A DNA stretch of 64,000 nucleotides from Chiloscyllium plagiosum (Eukaryota): the NCBI RefSeq assembly GCF_004010195.1, contig NC_057719.1, forward strand, positions 33,317,520 to 33,381,519, written 5' to 3'. Of this stretch, positions 26,140-39,325 are shown piece by piece; position 1 is the stretch's first letter, and each line of letters starts with the position of its first letter. A program made the translations under genes and the position numbers. The notes under the pieces were generated by a model. It did no database searches, was not told the origin of the DNA, and was given only the letters and a program-made list of their open reading frames with translations.

Positions 26140-26432
26140 TCATAGAATTCCAATAGAAATGGCAGAAAGACAGCCATTTGGTCTATCAAATGTGCAACAA
26201 CCCTCTAAAGGGCACGCAACCCTGACCTCCACCTCCACTTTATCCCTGCAACCCCACATTTACCATGGCTGGTCTACCCAGCTTTAAAATTGTTGAACTG
26301 TGGAAGGAAACCAGAGCACCTGGAAGAAACAGGGAGAACATGCAAGCTCCACACAGCGTCACGCAAGGCTGGAATCTAACCTGGGTCCCTGACATGAGGC
26401 AGCAGTGCTAACCATTATGCTACCATGCTACC
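26140..26432 (-). mobile_element. Old HE1-type V-SINE
   Basis: Reverse complement of tRNA head and V domain (ggaaggaaaccagagcacctggaagaaac...gcagtgctaacca). Confidence 0.75.
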
Positions 26433-26758
26433 CTCATTGTGGGACATCAGAGTTCAAGTGGCTGGATTTTAACATGTGGACCTGTTTTCAACATGGCTGA
26501 CTAATGGGTTAGGAATCTGAACATTTGAAGGGGAGACTTTCCCAGGACTTTCTAACACATGGCACCAGCATTCCACATTCAGGTTTCCTAAACAATTGGT
26601 GCAAGCAAAAATTGATGATGACCTACATATGACTGTTTCCACTTGGAGTCCAGTTGGGGCCACAATTTATCTGTTCTCCGAGAGTCAGTACACAGGCTAG
26701 AACTCTTGGAAAGGAGTAACAGTCTATCAATATGTGCCCACCCCGGCATCCCTCTGAT

Positions 26759-27490
26759 TCTCTGAGGCGCACCTAGAGGTTGCATGTGAAAAAGAACATT
26801 TTATTCACATTGGTCTGCAGATAGAGGCCAGCAACTGTAAGCTCACAGACATGGCTGGTGGATCCAAAGCAGATCAACAGTAGGGGTGTGGCCACATGAC
26901 CTTGGATAAAATATGGATTGAGGCAACCTTATGGGGGCAAGAAGGTTGAGTGACACACCATTTTCAATCTCAAACCTCTCACTAGACACCTACCGTTATC
27001 TCCAGCACAACACTCATCAGACCAAATCATTCTCACCTTCATCCCCTCCCCCACTCACCCATTGTACACTATGCTACTTTCTCCCCACCCCCACCCTCCT
27101 CAAGCTTATCTCTCCACGCTTCAGGCTCACTGCCTTTATTCCTGATGAAGGGCTTTTGCCCGAAACATCGATTTCGAAGCTCCTTGGATGCTGCCTGAAC
27201 TGCTGTGCTCTTCCAGCACCAATAATCCCAAATGCTTCTCTTTGTCAAGGCATCGACTTACATTTCCCATCCAAATCGTCAACACAGCTATCCACTTCCT
27301 TATTACTTTCCCCACAGTTCCTTTCACAAATGTACAAGCATGCTTTCAAACTGTTCTGTTTCTCACACTGATAACACTCTATTCTCTCTCCTTGTAGGAG
27401 AGGTCAGAAGCAGAACTCAAGGGAGAGGCAGAGAATCAAAAGTGCTCCTCCTAGTATAGCCACACTGAGCACTTTAAAATCAGATGCATC
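26759..27490 (+). pseudogene. Second Harbinger-type Myb/SANT-like gene relic
   Basis: FSEAHLEV / KNILFTLVCR*RPATVSSQTWL...QINSRGVAT*PW, then after a ccttgtag acceptor (27397) QKQNSRERQRIKSAPPSIATLS; frameshifted. Confidence 0.45.
27030..27225 (+). mobile_element. PLE terminal-repeat fragment with hammerhead motif at 27138-27173
   Basis: attc-ctgatga-a-gggc(tttt)gccc-gaaa-catc followed by the family-1 tail. Confidence 0.75.
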
Positions 27491-28892
27491 AAAAATCACG
27501 AAGTTTTGGACTGACTATCCACTGGAGAGATAGAAATGAGGACCTCCTAGATATCCAATAGATATTTCACAGTCACACAGCACAGAAAACTCATAAGTCT
27601 TAATATCTTATCACCCAAAACTGAAACATGATCCTTGGTACAATTGGAACTTTGAATCTTTTCTCCTTGTAAACTACAGTTTATATTCATCTCCTGCACA
27701 TTTTTCAAACATGACACAGGAGCTAGTGCAGGAAGCAATGAAGGAGTCCTTAGTAGAAGGTAGGCTACACTGAGGAATCACATTGACACCTTCCACTGGC
27801 TCAGACACAGATACCTTGTTGGGACCTTCAAAACACATCGTTGGATTATACCATAATCAGTTACAAACCATAAGTGAGCAGAAGTACATGTTAGAGACAG
27901 CAGTGGATGGTCCCTGTTGGAGGTTGCACAGTCTTCCAATATCTGCTCAGCTGGATGCAGATGCTGAGCTTCAGGGATCATTGACCAAAAACAGGAGCAG
28001 AAGCAGAAAATACGGGCATGTTAAATCAACATTTCCAGATGTATTGCTCAGTACTGGAGATAGATTGGAGCAGTATGTTTCCACATAAGTAGCAGGATAT
28101 CTAAGGCATTTGTATTGTTTTCAGTTCCTTTGAGAAGATTCAGATGTGAATGATAGCACAGTGTATATTAGTTTCCACCATTGGCCTGCATTCTCCATCT
28201 GCTGATTCAAACAGGATGAAGAAAAAACCCTATGAAGAGCAGCAAGGTCCTCAGCAACCTCTCGCCAGCAGAAAAGCATAACTGAACCTTAAGAGGGAAG
28301 ACGGAGAAGAGAGACATAGTAAAGTGGTCTTTGCTCAAGGATGTCCTATTCCTTCCTTATTACCATTCCCTCCTCACCCCTCTTCTGATGATCAGTTCTG
28401 CCCTTGTGCTGTTGCATATTCAGCATGGGTCTTACAGGCTCCAAATTGCAGAGAGTCAAGCACAAGCAATTCAACTGTCAGTGTCTACCAACACCTCCAA
28501 AGATAGGGATAGCATGACACAAGAGTTATTGAAAAAGGATGAAATGTAACTTGTATCTAGGAAACAAAATCACTTGGGCACACAAATGTCTGTAATCTCT
28601 TCACTTTATTGCAATTGTTACACACCATAAATTTGATTCCAACCCTATTGTCTAGGTATCACCATGATCACCTTTTGTCTGCCAAATGGATGCAGCTTCA
28701 AGGTAAACAGCAAAATTAAAGTAGTACTTGAGTTGAGTAGTGTCAGTGAATTGGAAGGGTTATTTAAGAACATTTTGTGCTGGAGGAGTGAGGGGGCAAT
28801 GTGGTGGATCCTCACAGTCAAACAGTTTCAGATTAATTGAATTGTGCCTATATTGTGAACCTGAGTATCTATGGCATCTAAATGTGCACGTG

Positions 28893-30265
28893 ATAGACAA
28901 GTAGGAGGCTGGGAGAGCAAGCCAGGCAGCATCAAGAGGTGGAGAAGTTGACGTTTTGGGTGTAACCCTTCTTCAGGACTGGGAGTGGGTGTAAGGGGCG
29001 CTGCAGATATATGGGGTGGGGTGTGGAGGGCAGGCTGGTGAGGAAAGGACAGGTGAACAATGGTAGAGGGTATGACCTGGTTGGTCGATGGGAGGAAAGA
29101 ATCCATTTGGAGCGAGGGGCGTAATGTGCCAGCAGGTTTTTCACCTTTTCCAGTTGGAGAGGAAGGTACCTGGGGATCATGGGGGTTTGGTGGGGAGAAT
29201 GGCACGAACCAAGAATTGGTGATGGGACTGGTCCTAGTGGAAGGAAGAAATGGGTGTGGAGGGGAAGATGTCCTTGGTGGTGAGGTCTAGTTCAAGTTGG
29301 TGGAAGTGTTTAAGGATGATGCGTTGGATGCAGAGACCGTTGGGGTGGTGGGTGAGGACAAGGGAAACCCTGTCTTTATTGCATTTAGAAGGGGGAGGGT
29401 TTAGAGCAGTGGAGGGGGGAATGGAGGAGGTGCAGTGGAGGGCCGTTTGGATGGCAGAGGGGGGAGATGCACGTTGTTCGAAATAGGTGGACATTTGGGA
29501 TGCTTGGGAGTGAAATGTTTCCTCATCTGAGCAGATGCTGCAGAGGCAGAGGAATTAGGAAAACGGTATGGAGTTCTTGCAGGCAACTGGGTGGGGAGGA
29601 GATGTAGTCTAGGTTGTTATGGGAGTCACAAAGGTTACTTGCTCACCTCTCCCCTCACCTCCATCCAGGACCCCGAACAGTCCTTTCAGGTGAGACAGAG
29701 GTTCACCTGCGTCTCTTCCCATCTAGTTTACTGTGTCTGGTGCTCCTAATGTGGTCTTTTCTACATGCCCCTTCCCATGCCTTTTCCGACATGACTATCC
29801 TTGGCCTCCTCCATTGCCACAGCGAATCAGACTGCAAATAGAAGGAACAACATCTCACGTTCTGCCTGGGCAGCCTACACCGGGGCACTCAACCCTGAGT
29901 TCTCCACTTTAAAATAACCTCCCTTCCCATTTCCTGACTTCCTTCCCAGCCCCTCTCCATCTATTCCATTCCTCTGATTGACCCTTCCTTCCAGCTACCA
30001 ACCGGATTCATTCCTCCCGTCGACCAACCAGGTCATACCCTCTAATTATGTTCACCTACCCCTACCTCACCATTCCGCAACTCCCCTCCCCCACCCACCC
30101 CCATTTATCTGCAGCTCCCCTTGCTCCCCTTACACCCATCCCCAGTCCTGAAGAACGGTTACACCCAAAATGTTGACTTCTGCACCTCCTGATGCTGCCT
30201 GGCCTGTTGTGTTCTTCCAGCCTCCTGTTGTCTACTTTGGATTCCAGCATCTGCAGTTTTTTCGT
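28893..30265. mobile_element. Penelope-like element with internal inversion and inverted termini
   Basis: Minus strand DRVSLVLTHHP...IILKHFHQL (post-RT region); plus strand QSFQVRQRFTCVSSHLVYCVWCS*CGL (GIY-YIG start); arms about 28893-29110 and 29990-30232; decayed hammerheads at 28946-28980(-) and 30144-30178(+). Confidence 0.8.
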
Positions 30266-30756
30266 CTCTAACCAAGTATGCAGCTGGAGCCACGTGAGGC
30301 TCATCCTTCAGCAATCCTTCCTGCTTTTTCTTCTAAGGTGCAGCACAGTCCTCACCTACCTCTTCCAGTAAATGCAGACCTCTCAGCTGGGCTATGTTGT
30401 GCAAAGCATAGCAGACCAATACCATACTCAGTGGTGTGCAGTGATGGCAGATCTAGGAACACCCAAGATTCAGGAGTTGTAGTTTCAGTATCTGAATAGA
30501 TAACTCAATTATCTCTTTTGTGCTCACATGGCTTCGGTTGTGCCATTTAATGGTAGGGCACCTGAGAGGGTGTTGCATGTCTCCAACTAGTCTGCTTAAA
30601 ACTTGGAAGATATGTGTGAGAGCCATCGAGCATAATATGACTGGTATTATTGCTATTTCCCAGAAACCTTACAGGGACATGCATGATAATCTTTTGATGG
30701 ATTCCAGCTGAACATTAACAAAGAGGAAATTCTTGTGTTTGAGAAATCCACTAAGA

Positions 30757-31420
30757 TTATGAGAATATAGGAAGAGGAGTAGGTCATTCTGCGCTTCAAG
30801 CCACCATTTTAGATCATGGTTGATCATCTTCTCAATGCTATTTTCACACACTCTTCCCATTGGCCTTAATATCATTTATCTCAAGAAACCTATCAATCTT
30901 TATTTTGAACCGGCTCAATGATTGACCCTCCACAGCCTTATGAGGTACTGAAATTCCAAAGGTTCACCATCCACCAAGTGAAGAGGTTTCTTCTCATCCC
31001 CACCTTAAATTACTTAACTCTTATCCTGAGATCATGTCCTATCTATATCAGAGTTGAAAAGTGTGGTGCTGGAAAAGTGCAGCAGGCCAGGCAGCATCCG
31101 AGGAGCCTGGCCTGCTGCGCTTTTCCAGCACCACACTTTTCAACTCTGGTCTCCAGCATCTGCAGTCCTCACTTTCTCCTATCTATATCAGCCCTGTCTT
31201 GCCCTATAAGAATTTTGTTTGCTTCAATGAGATCACCTTTCAATCTTCAAGACCCAAAAAAAGCACACGGCTTTCTTAACCTCCCTTTACACGGGAATCT
31301 TGTCACGAGGATTAATCGAGTGAACCTCTACTGAACTCTCACTATGGCAAGTATATTTCTCCTTTACAAAAGGGAATAAGACTCTCTAATATCTCATATG
31401 AGGTCTTACCAAGGCTTCAT
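30757..31420 (-). mobile_element. Old CR1 3' fragment
   Basis: Resembles the 3' ends at 22870 and 38220; interrupted at 31052. Confidence 0.55.
31052..31176 (+). mobile_element. Short fold-back PLE-derived insertion lacking the hammerhead
   Basis: 15-bp TSD tcctatctatatcag (31037-31051, 31177-31191); about 43-bp inverted arms. Confidence 0.85.
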
Positions 31421-31874
31421 CTTTGCATTTTCCTGATGTTAGCTTTAACTGCTCCTGTACAAGTTCCTCAAATTAAGAGAGTCATTATAAAATATATAGT
31501 TTTAACAAAATCTAAAAAAAATTGACCAAGTTTTGTGAGCATGCTTTGCAAGGACAATGACATTTCAAAATAAAATTGCATTGTTGAATGCTGCAAATTA
31601 CATTTAGTGGATACGGGAAAACATAATTTTTTGGACTGCAAATGCATAGGTATAAAGCCCATTACCTAAAAACAGATATCAGAAAAGGCAATAGACAGTT
31701 ACACTTCAATGCTATGTTAAACAAGGTGGAAGTGTTAGTAACACCAGGTTATAGTCCAACAGGTTTATTTGGAAGTACAGAACAACCTCGGTTATGTGAA
31801 CATCAATTATCCAAATTTCAGATTATCCAAACAAGATCTCAAGGTCCAGTAAAAACACTATCCATGGGACTCGG

Positions 31875-31886
31875 CAAAATGGCGGC
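31875..31886 (+). promoter_or_regulatory. YY1-consensus motif at the L1 5' end
   Basis: CAAAATGGCGGC about 10 nt into the element. Confidence 0.6.
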
Positions 31887-32031
31887 GATTCTGTAGAGTT
31901 GCTGTGGACAGCTCTGCCTAACAGCCAAGGCATACAGGTGTTTCTTGCCATCCCTGGCCAACTTATGTGGTGGAATTATTAGTTTAAAACCTTATAGAAC
32001 ACATATTTGTTAATATTTGGGAGTGGGAAGG

Positions 32032-32912
32032 ATGCCAAAGGGAAAAGTAACAAGCAAACAGCAGCAGGGAGGACACTCCCCTGCAGCACCTACCACACCA
32101 GAGACTGAAACAGCAGCAACCTCTCCTGAACCCCTTGGGGACCTGACAGACTCACAGGAATTGGCTGCCGCGATGGAGAGGCTTACCTTGAAAGTTGGGG
32201 CTGCGATTGAGGAGATCCATGGGGAGATTTGCGCCCAGGTCCAACCTATCGCATCCATGCTGCAGAAGCATGAGCAGGATATCCAGGGCCTCGGGGAGAG
32301 GCTGGAGGAGGTGGAGGGTCGAACTAAAGCCTTGGAAGTTGCGATGGAGTCCTCATCCAGTCGGATCCAGGTGCTGGAGCGAGAGGTACGGGTCTTGCGA
32401 AACCATATCGACGACCTCGAAAATCGAGGTCGAAGGATAAATCTCAGAATTGTCGGGCTCCCTGAAGGTGAGGAAGGTGAGCAGCCAGTCAACTTCTTTG
32501 AAAACTGCCTGCCAAAGTTTTTGGGCCTTCACATCGAGTCCAGCAGGCTGCAGGTTGAAAAGGCTTATCGGATTACAGTGCACAGGTCAGGCCCAGTGCA
32601 GCGCCCCCGCTCAGTTCTAGTGCACTTCCACTCATATAAGGACAAGCAAAAAGTCATAGAAGCTTCCAGATCCCTGGGAAAAGATCCGCAGGCACTGCTG
32701 TACAAGGGTCAAAAATAATGTTTTTCCAGCATTTCTCTGCAGCTGTAATTCGAAAGAGGAAGTCCGTCGATGAAGTTAAAAAGAGGCTGAGGAACCTGTG
32801 CATCCAGTACTCCATGAGATACCCCGCAGTGCTTGATTTCAGCCACAAGGACTCAGTTTATACATTTGACTCAGCAGATAAAGCTAAAAACTTTGTGGAC
32901 ATTTTAAAATAG
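32032..32912 (+). pseudogene. L1 ORF1p (coiled coil-RRM-CTD), one frameshift near 32718
   Basis: Heptad coiled coil, LENRGRRINLRIVGLPE, PRSVLVHF, YSMRYPA. Confidence 0.9.
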
Positions 32913-33529
32913 ACGGATTGGCCTGAAGAATACAGTTAATGTTTGTTCTCTTTCTATCTTTCCCCATGTTTTCTCTTCCTTTTTTTTATTCCTTTCTTTC
33001 TCCTTAATAATTTCCTTTTTGGAAAGGAGGGAAAAGACCTTGGAATAAGTTGTTCCTTTTTTTTAAATAACTGGATTTTCTGATGGGAAAGTTTGTGAAT
33101 GTTCTTTGTTGTCTCTAACCCAATTTTGTTTTGTTTGTTCTGTTTCTCTTTTAGTCACAAGTAGGGGTGACATGAAGCCAGGGATGGGTGGAGTGCTCAT
33201 CCTGACTTTGTCCTTTTTCTGTTGATTTAAGGATCATCTCCTTGTTTTTGTTTCTGGCCTAATGCTGGGGCACAGTCCAGGTTTGAAGGAGCTGTGAAGG
33301 AGGGGTTGGGTAGGGTGAGTGCCCCCTATGGGCAGGAGGAAGAGTCTTCCATTCAAGGTTTAATAGTTGGTTTTCTTTGTAGTTTTTTGGTAGTAATTGT
33401 TGTTTATAGTTATGATAGAGTCGAAAAACTATATATACAAAAACTACTCTATGAGTTTTTATTTATTTATGCTCTGTGCTTTGTAAGCAGGGTTCTCCCT
33501 CTGAGAGGTTCAAGGGTCTCTGAAAGAGG

Positions 33530-36500
33530 ATAAGGCTAAGTATCTTATTAAATGGTGCACCTGAACATTAAGGGAAGTCATTCGTGTGTTAAAAGGAAAA
33601 AAATGCTTTCTAGCCTTAAGAGGGAAAGGGTTGATATCGCTTTGTTGTAGGAAACCCATCTTGATGATGGGGAACACCTGAAATTACAACAGGGGGGTTA
33701 TGATCGGGTATTCTTTTCATCCTTTACTACTAAAAGTAGGGGAGTGGTGGTACTTATCCAGAAAAATCTGCCGTTCACATTATTAGAGCAGGTGAAAGAT
33801 GAGCAGGGATGGTTTGTGATACATGAAGAGGAATATGGCATTTTAAATGTCTACTGTCCTCCAGCACATCCCCTCAAATTTTTGATTAGAACTTTCTCTA
33901 AGTTGAGTGCTTTTGGAACACGGCACCTTATTATAGGGGGGGATTTTAATTGCCTTTTGGATCTGACAGTCGACAGGATGCCTTGTGGGCCCTCAACTAT
34001 TTCTTCGCAGGCCAAGCAGGTGGTTGACTAATGTGAGGAGTTGGGGCTGGTGGATATTTGGAGATGTCTCCACCCTACCGGCAGGGAGTTCACCTTTTTT
34101 TTCAAACCCACATAAATGTCACACGAGGATTGACCTCTTTCTGGCTCCCTCAGCCCTTCTAGATTCGATTATGGGTTGTAAAATTGGGAATATAGCTATC
34201 TCTGATCACGTGGCTGTGTATTTGGAGGTTAAGGCCAAGAGTGAAGGGCGAGGTTTGCGGCACTGGCGTTTAGACCCTTTTCTCCTTAAGGATTCCAAAT
34301 TTGTGGAATACATTTTGAAGGAGTTTCAGGAATTCTCGACTATCAACTCAGGCACAGCTGGTAGTCGTCTATGCTGTGAGAGACTGCTAGGGCCTTTGCT
34401 AGGGGATTAGCTATTTCCTATTCGGCTAGCCGGAAATGACAGAAGGAGGAACAGCAACGTCTACTTGAGACTTGTTGAAAGCCGCCAAGGCAGCACATTT
34501 TGCGCGGCCTTCGGTGACTAAGCTACAGCAGATCATGGCCCTCCAGGCTGCCTTGAATTCAATACTGACAAAATGCAAAGAAAGAACTTTTGCTAGACAA
34601 AGGCTGTTCGAATATGGGGATAGGCCAGGGAAGTATTTAGCGTACCTGACTAGGAAAATGCGTGCTCCCCAATTCATTACTGCAATCAGAGACAACGCCG
34701 GGGTCCTTACATACGATGCTAAAAAGATTAATGAGGCTTTTCGGAGCTTTTACTCTGAATTGTATCAGTCTGAAAGGTTGCGAGGATAGAAGGGTTAAAA
34801 TGGAGACCTTTTTAAGAACCTGGACTTCCCAGGGGTAACCTTGGAGCAGGCCTCTCTCCTTAATGTCCCCTTAACAGTTCAGGAAATACAGATGGCAGCT
34901 AGGCAACTTCAGAGTGGCAAAGCGCCTGGCCCTGATGGTCTCCCGGGTGAGTTTTATATGGAGTTTATAGGGATTCTGTCAGGGCCGATGTTGGAGGTGT
35001 ACAATCACTCCTATATGCATGAAAGCCTACCACCATCTTTGAGAGAAGCTAATATTTCCTTAATTCTTAAGAAAGGGAAGGTTCCTGAGGATTGTGCCTC
35101 ATACGGGCCCATTTCTCTATTAAATTCAGATTTCAAGATTCTGTCCAAGGTCCTGGTGCTGAGATTGGAAAGGGTGTTGCCCCATATTATTAAAGAGGAC
35201 CAGACAGGCTTTATAAGGGGCCACAGGTCCTCTAGTAATATTAGAAGGTTGCTGAATGTGGTCCAAGTTTGTCAGCAACGATCGATTCAGGGGTTGGTGG
35301 TTTCCTGAGATGCAGAGAAAGCATTTGACCGGGTGGAATGGCTGTATCTTTTTTATGTCTTAGAACAGTTTGGGTTGGGTGGAGTCTTTGCAAGATGGGT
35401 AGAGGTTTTATATCACCACGGTCATCACTAACGGGGTGAAGTCTAGGAATTTTAGGATTGGTAGGGGTAGTTGGCAAGGCTGCCCCCTCTCACCGTTGTT
35501 GTTTACGTTGGTGATAGAGCCGCTGGCAGAGGCCATTCGTCAGAAGGGCCACATAACCGCTCGGAAAGTGGGAACGTGGGTACACAAGATTACACTGCAG
35601 ATGATGTCCTCCTGTTTTTATCGAACACGATGACCTCCGTACCCCATTTGGTACAATGTAACAATTCATTTGGGGCTATTTCAGGATATAAGATTAACTT
35701 TGCTAAATCGGAGGCCATGCATTTGGGGAACCTTAAGGATGTGCCAGAAGTTGAAGGTGGCTCTAAGTTCCCTTTTAAGTGGTCATGGGCAGGGTTCTGA
35801 TACCTAGGCATTTTTATTAGCGCCAAGTTTGATCTGTTATTTCAGACTAATTTTGCTCACTTGCTCGACAATATTAGGCGAGATCTCCAGAGATGGGAGG
35901 CTCTTCCAATTTCATGCTGAATATCTCTCATTAAGATGAATGTTCTTCCTCGTTTGCTTTATCCCATACATATGTTCCCTATAATGTTTCCCAGGTCAAC
36001 GTTGCGGAAGCTTATGGGGTGGTTTGGTTTCTTTGTCTGGTATCGTGGGCGGCCCCTCATCAAACTTACTAAATTACAGTTGCCACAAGGAGGGGGAGGA
36101 GTTGATTTCCCAGACATCAGGAGGTATCAATTCAGTTCCCTGCTGTCCTTGATCTGCGATTGGGTAGGTAACAATCCAAACTCAATATGGCTGGATATCG
36201 AGATCTCCCAGGCAAAGTGCCCTCTTATTAACCTGTTGTTCATGGATAAGATCAGGACAGTTGTGGACCACTGCCAGAACTCTATTGTCATTAGTACAAT
36301 CAAGGCATGGAGGGCGATGCTTCAGAGTGAGGGTTGTTTATCCAAGACTTCGCTGCTTACACCTATAGTTGGCATGCCAGGGTTCCGACCAGTGATGATG
36401 GACTCAGGATTCAAACTATGGGCAGCGAGAGGAGTTTCTAGTTTGGGAGACTTGTTTGAGGGGGAGGTTATGATGTCTTTTGAGCAACTGAGCCATAAAT

Positions 36501-37286
36501 ATGGGTTGCCCAGCAGAGATCTTTTCCGTTTTTTTCAGGTTAGGGCTTTCATCCAGAAGAAGACTATGCTTCTCACTAAGCACTATAAGCCCGATACAGA
36601 GAGGTTGTTGCTACGTTCCACAAGCACCCTTTCGGTTAGTGCCCTCTATCACCTGCTGGGTGGCAGGGCCTGGCAAGATATTAACTGGCTATTGAGGTCT
36701 GGGAGCAAGAGCTAGGAGTAGAGATCTCTTCTGAAACATGGGAGAACATATGGGAGAATACTCGAAAGTTCTCAATCTGTAACAGGACTACGCTACGCAG
36801 TTAAAAGTTCTGCACAGGGCTCATCTGGCACCAGACTGTCTGGCGAAGTTTAAAAAATGGGCTTCTTCAGTGTGCCCCAAATGTAAAATAAGTGTAGGTA
36901 CTCTTACCCATTGCTTTTAGACATGCCACAGGCCCCGTGTTTATTGGAGCGCTGTGGCAGGAGAGATAGGGAAGTCAAAGTAGACCCGATATCTCTCCTT
37001 TTAGGTCTACCGAATTTACCATCTTTAGACGGGCATGGGAAGAAACTATTTAATATTCTTACATACTGTGCACGGAAGAATATTTTGATGAATTGGGTGT
37101 CTGAGAACCCGCCGGGCTTGCTGGGATGGCAGAAATTAATTATGGAGCACATTCCCTTGGACCTTTTTTGCAAACATGGTGTACCACACAACAGACCATT
37201 TTTATAAAACATGGCAGCCCTACTTGAGTTATTTGGATATAGATATGTCATTTATCTTAACTAGGGCATTTAACCAGGATGGTTAG
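33530..37286 (+). pseudogene. L1 ORF2p (APE endonuclease, RT, CCHC), many stops and frameshifts
   Basis: NVYCP, IIGGDFN, TRIDLFL, ISDH; GKAPGPDGLPGEFY, ISLLNSDFKILSK, QGCPLSPLLF, ADD; CPKC...THC. Confidence 0.9.
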
Positions 37287-37834
37287 ACTTGTCAAGCCCT
37301 GGGCCCTGGAGGGGGTCTCCTGAGTTAATACAGGTATCTATACAAGGCTCCCGTTCCTTTGTTTGGGAGCATTGCGCTGAGCATAGCTGGTCTGAATTTT
37401 GAGGGTTTTTTTATACTTTTCTTTCTTTTTTTTGGTGTTGCTTTGCATAGTGTTAGGGTTTGTTTTGTATTACAGGGTAGGTTAGTAGTTGGTAGACAGT
37501 AGTTGTATTGTAATTTGTGGGGTTTTTTAGTTTTTATTATTCTGATACTTGTTATTGATTGTATTTTTCAATAATTTTATATGTTTGTAAAGTTCAAAAA
37601 AATTTGCAAATAAATATATTTACAAAAAAAAGTTATCCAATATCCGAACAATCAGTTACCAAACAATCAATTATCCAAACAAAATACTCACCGCCCATCT
37701 CATTCGGATAATCAAGGTTGTTCTGCACAAGCTTTTGGAGCACTAGCTACCTGACGATGGATCAGCACTCCAAAAGCTTGTACTTTCAAGTAAACCTGTT
37801 GGACTATAACCTGGTGTTGTGTGATTCTTGTCAA

Positions 37835-38045
37835 AACGTATGGCGCTAGAAAAGCACAGCAGGTCGGCAGCATCTGAGGAACATATGGGAGCCAATGTTT
37901 CGTGCATAAGTGTTTCATCAGGAATGAAGATGAAGAGCTTATGCTCGAAACGTTGACTTTCCTGCCCCTCGGATGCTGGCTGTGCTTTTCCAGCACCACA
38001 CATTTTTACTATGATCACCAGCATCTGCAGTCTTCACTGTCTCCT
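37835..38045 (+). mobile_element. Short fold-back PLE-derived element (family 1)
   Basis: Inverted arms around catcaggaat/gatgaagagcttatgctcgaaacgtt; helix II variant GAGC/GCUC. Confidence 0.75.
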
Positions 38046-38384
38046 TGTATGATTTTTAGAAATGTAAAATGAGGTCAGGGAAGACAATATGGAAGCTTGA
38101 CTAATCAAGGACAGATAAGATGTATCAAAGCTCAAGGAGCTCTTAAGGATCCTTTATATAAAGCTGAGTTTTACTGCATTGTTTAAATAAAGAACAAAAC
38201 ATATAAATAGATAAATTATGAACAGAAGTAAGCCATTCGCTTCCTTGGGTATTCTTTACTATTCAATAAGATCTGGTTGTTCTACCTGCATTTTGAATTC
38301 CACATTCCCATCAACTCTTCATTACAATTGATGCCCTTGTTTAACAAGAATCAATCCACCTTTGCCTTAAAAACACAATGACTT

Positions 38385-38688
38385 ATCCTCCACCAGTGTT
38401 TGAGATGAGGCGCTCTTCTCCAACCGTCGTGTTGCTATGGTCTGGCAATGGAGGAGTCCAAGGACCTGCATGTCCTTGGTGGAGTGGGAGGGGGAGTTCA
38501 ACTCCCCCAAGTCCCTCCTCCCTACCTTTTATCTTAGCCTGCTGGACACACTTGCCTCATTCCTGAAAAAGGGCCTATGCCCGAAACGTCGATTCTCCTG
38601 TTCCTTGGATGCTGCCTGACCTGCTGCGCTTTTCCAGCAACACATTTTCAGCTCTGATCTCCAGCATCTGCAGTCCTCACTTTCTCCT
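38385..38688. mobile_element. PLE fragment: inverted endonuclease C-terminal piece plus terminal repeat
   Basis: 38400-38500 is the reverse complement of the PLE C-terminus seen near 29790-29860; hammerhead with G8A at 38559-38594; family terminus. Confidence 0.75.
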
Positions 38689-39145
38689 GCTGAATTTTAA
38701 AACACTGCTCCCCAATGCTGGACTCATCCATAAACAGAAACATTCACTTTGTCAAGACCGGGCAGGATTTTACATAGTTCAATCAAGTCACACCTGCCCT
38801 CTTCTAAATTCCAACTGAAACAATCCCAGTCTATCCGAATTTTCCTGATTAAAACAACCCATGCATTGCACTTATCAATCTAGTAAACCTCCATTGGAAT
38901 ATGTTCAATGTATTTACATTCTTCCTTAAAATAACAAAAAACAAATACTATGCAGTTTGAGATGTGGTCTTACCAATGCCCTATAATTAAGCATCCTTAT
39001 AATTAAGTACAGCATTTCATTAGCCTTGCTAATTACTTGCTGTCCCTATACACTAACCTTTTGAGTCTCATGCAACAGAATGCAAGACACATCTGCTCCT
39101 CAGAATTCTGCAATCATTCTCCGTTCACATAATACTCTGCTTTTT

Positions 39146-39325
39146 GTTATCAGCCTATAGGGGCTGCTCTCTCATTAGAGAGAAGTGACTGGTGATGATT
39201 TAACCTGAGGGCCACCAGACCTCAGATGAAAGAAGAGGTTGAGAAGGAGAGTCCTTCATGGTAACCTCAAACTGGCGATGGGAGTTGAACTCACGCTGTT
39301 GGCATCTGAGCTAAACCGATTCCCA
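39146..39325 (-). mobile_element. Short tRNA-derived SINE
   Basis: B-box-like gagttcaactccc on minus strand; 10-bp TSD tctgcttttt (39136-39145, 39326-39335). Confidence 0.7.

Larger units (their letters stand above)
31866..37631 (+). mobile_element. Full-length, inactivated L1-clade LINE
   Basis: 5'UTR, ORF1, about 620-bp spacer, ORF2 (EN-RT-CCHC), T-rich 3'UTR, AATAAA near 37609, poly(A) 37624-37631. Confidence 0.92.
31778..37725. mobile_element. Tc1/mariner (pogo/Tigger-like) MITE split by L1 (pieces 31778-31865 and 37632-37725)
   Basis: TIRs cagaacaacctcggttatgtgaa / ttcggataatcaaggttgttctg; TA target (right copy mutated to CA); internal ttatcc(a/g)aa repeats. Confidence 0.75.
31738..37826. 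mobile_element. Family-2 fold-back PLE element split by a MITE and L1 (pieces 31738-31777 and 37726-37826)
   Basis: acaccaggttatagtccaacaggttta / taaacctgttggactataacctggtgt inverted arms; decayed hammerhead at 37748-37782. Confidence 0.8.
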
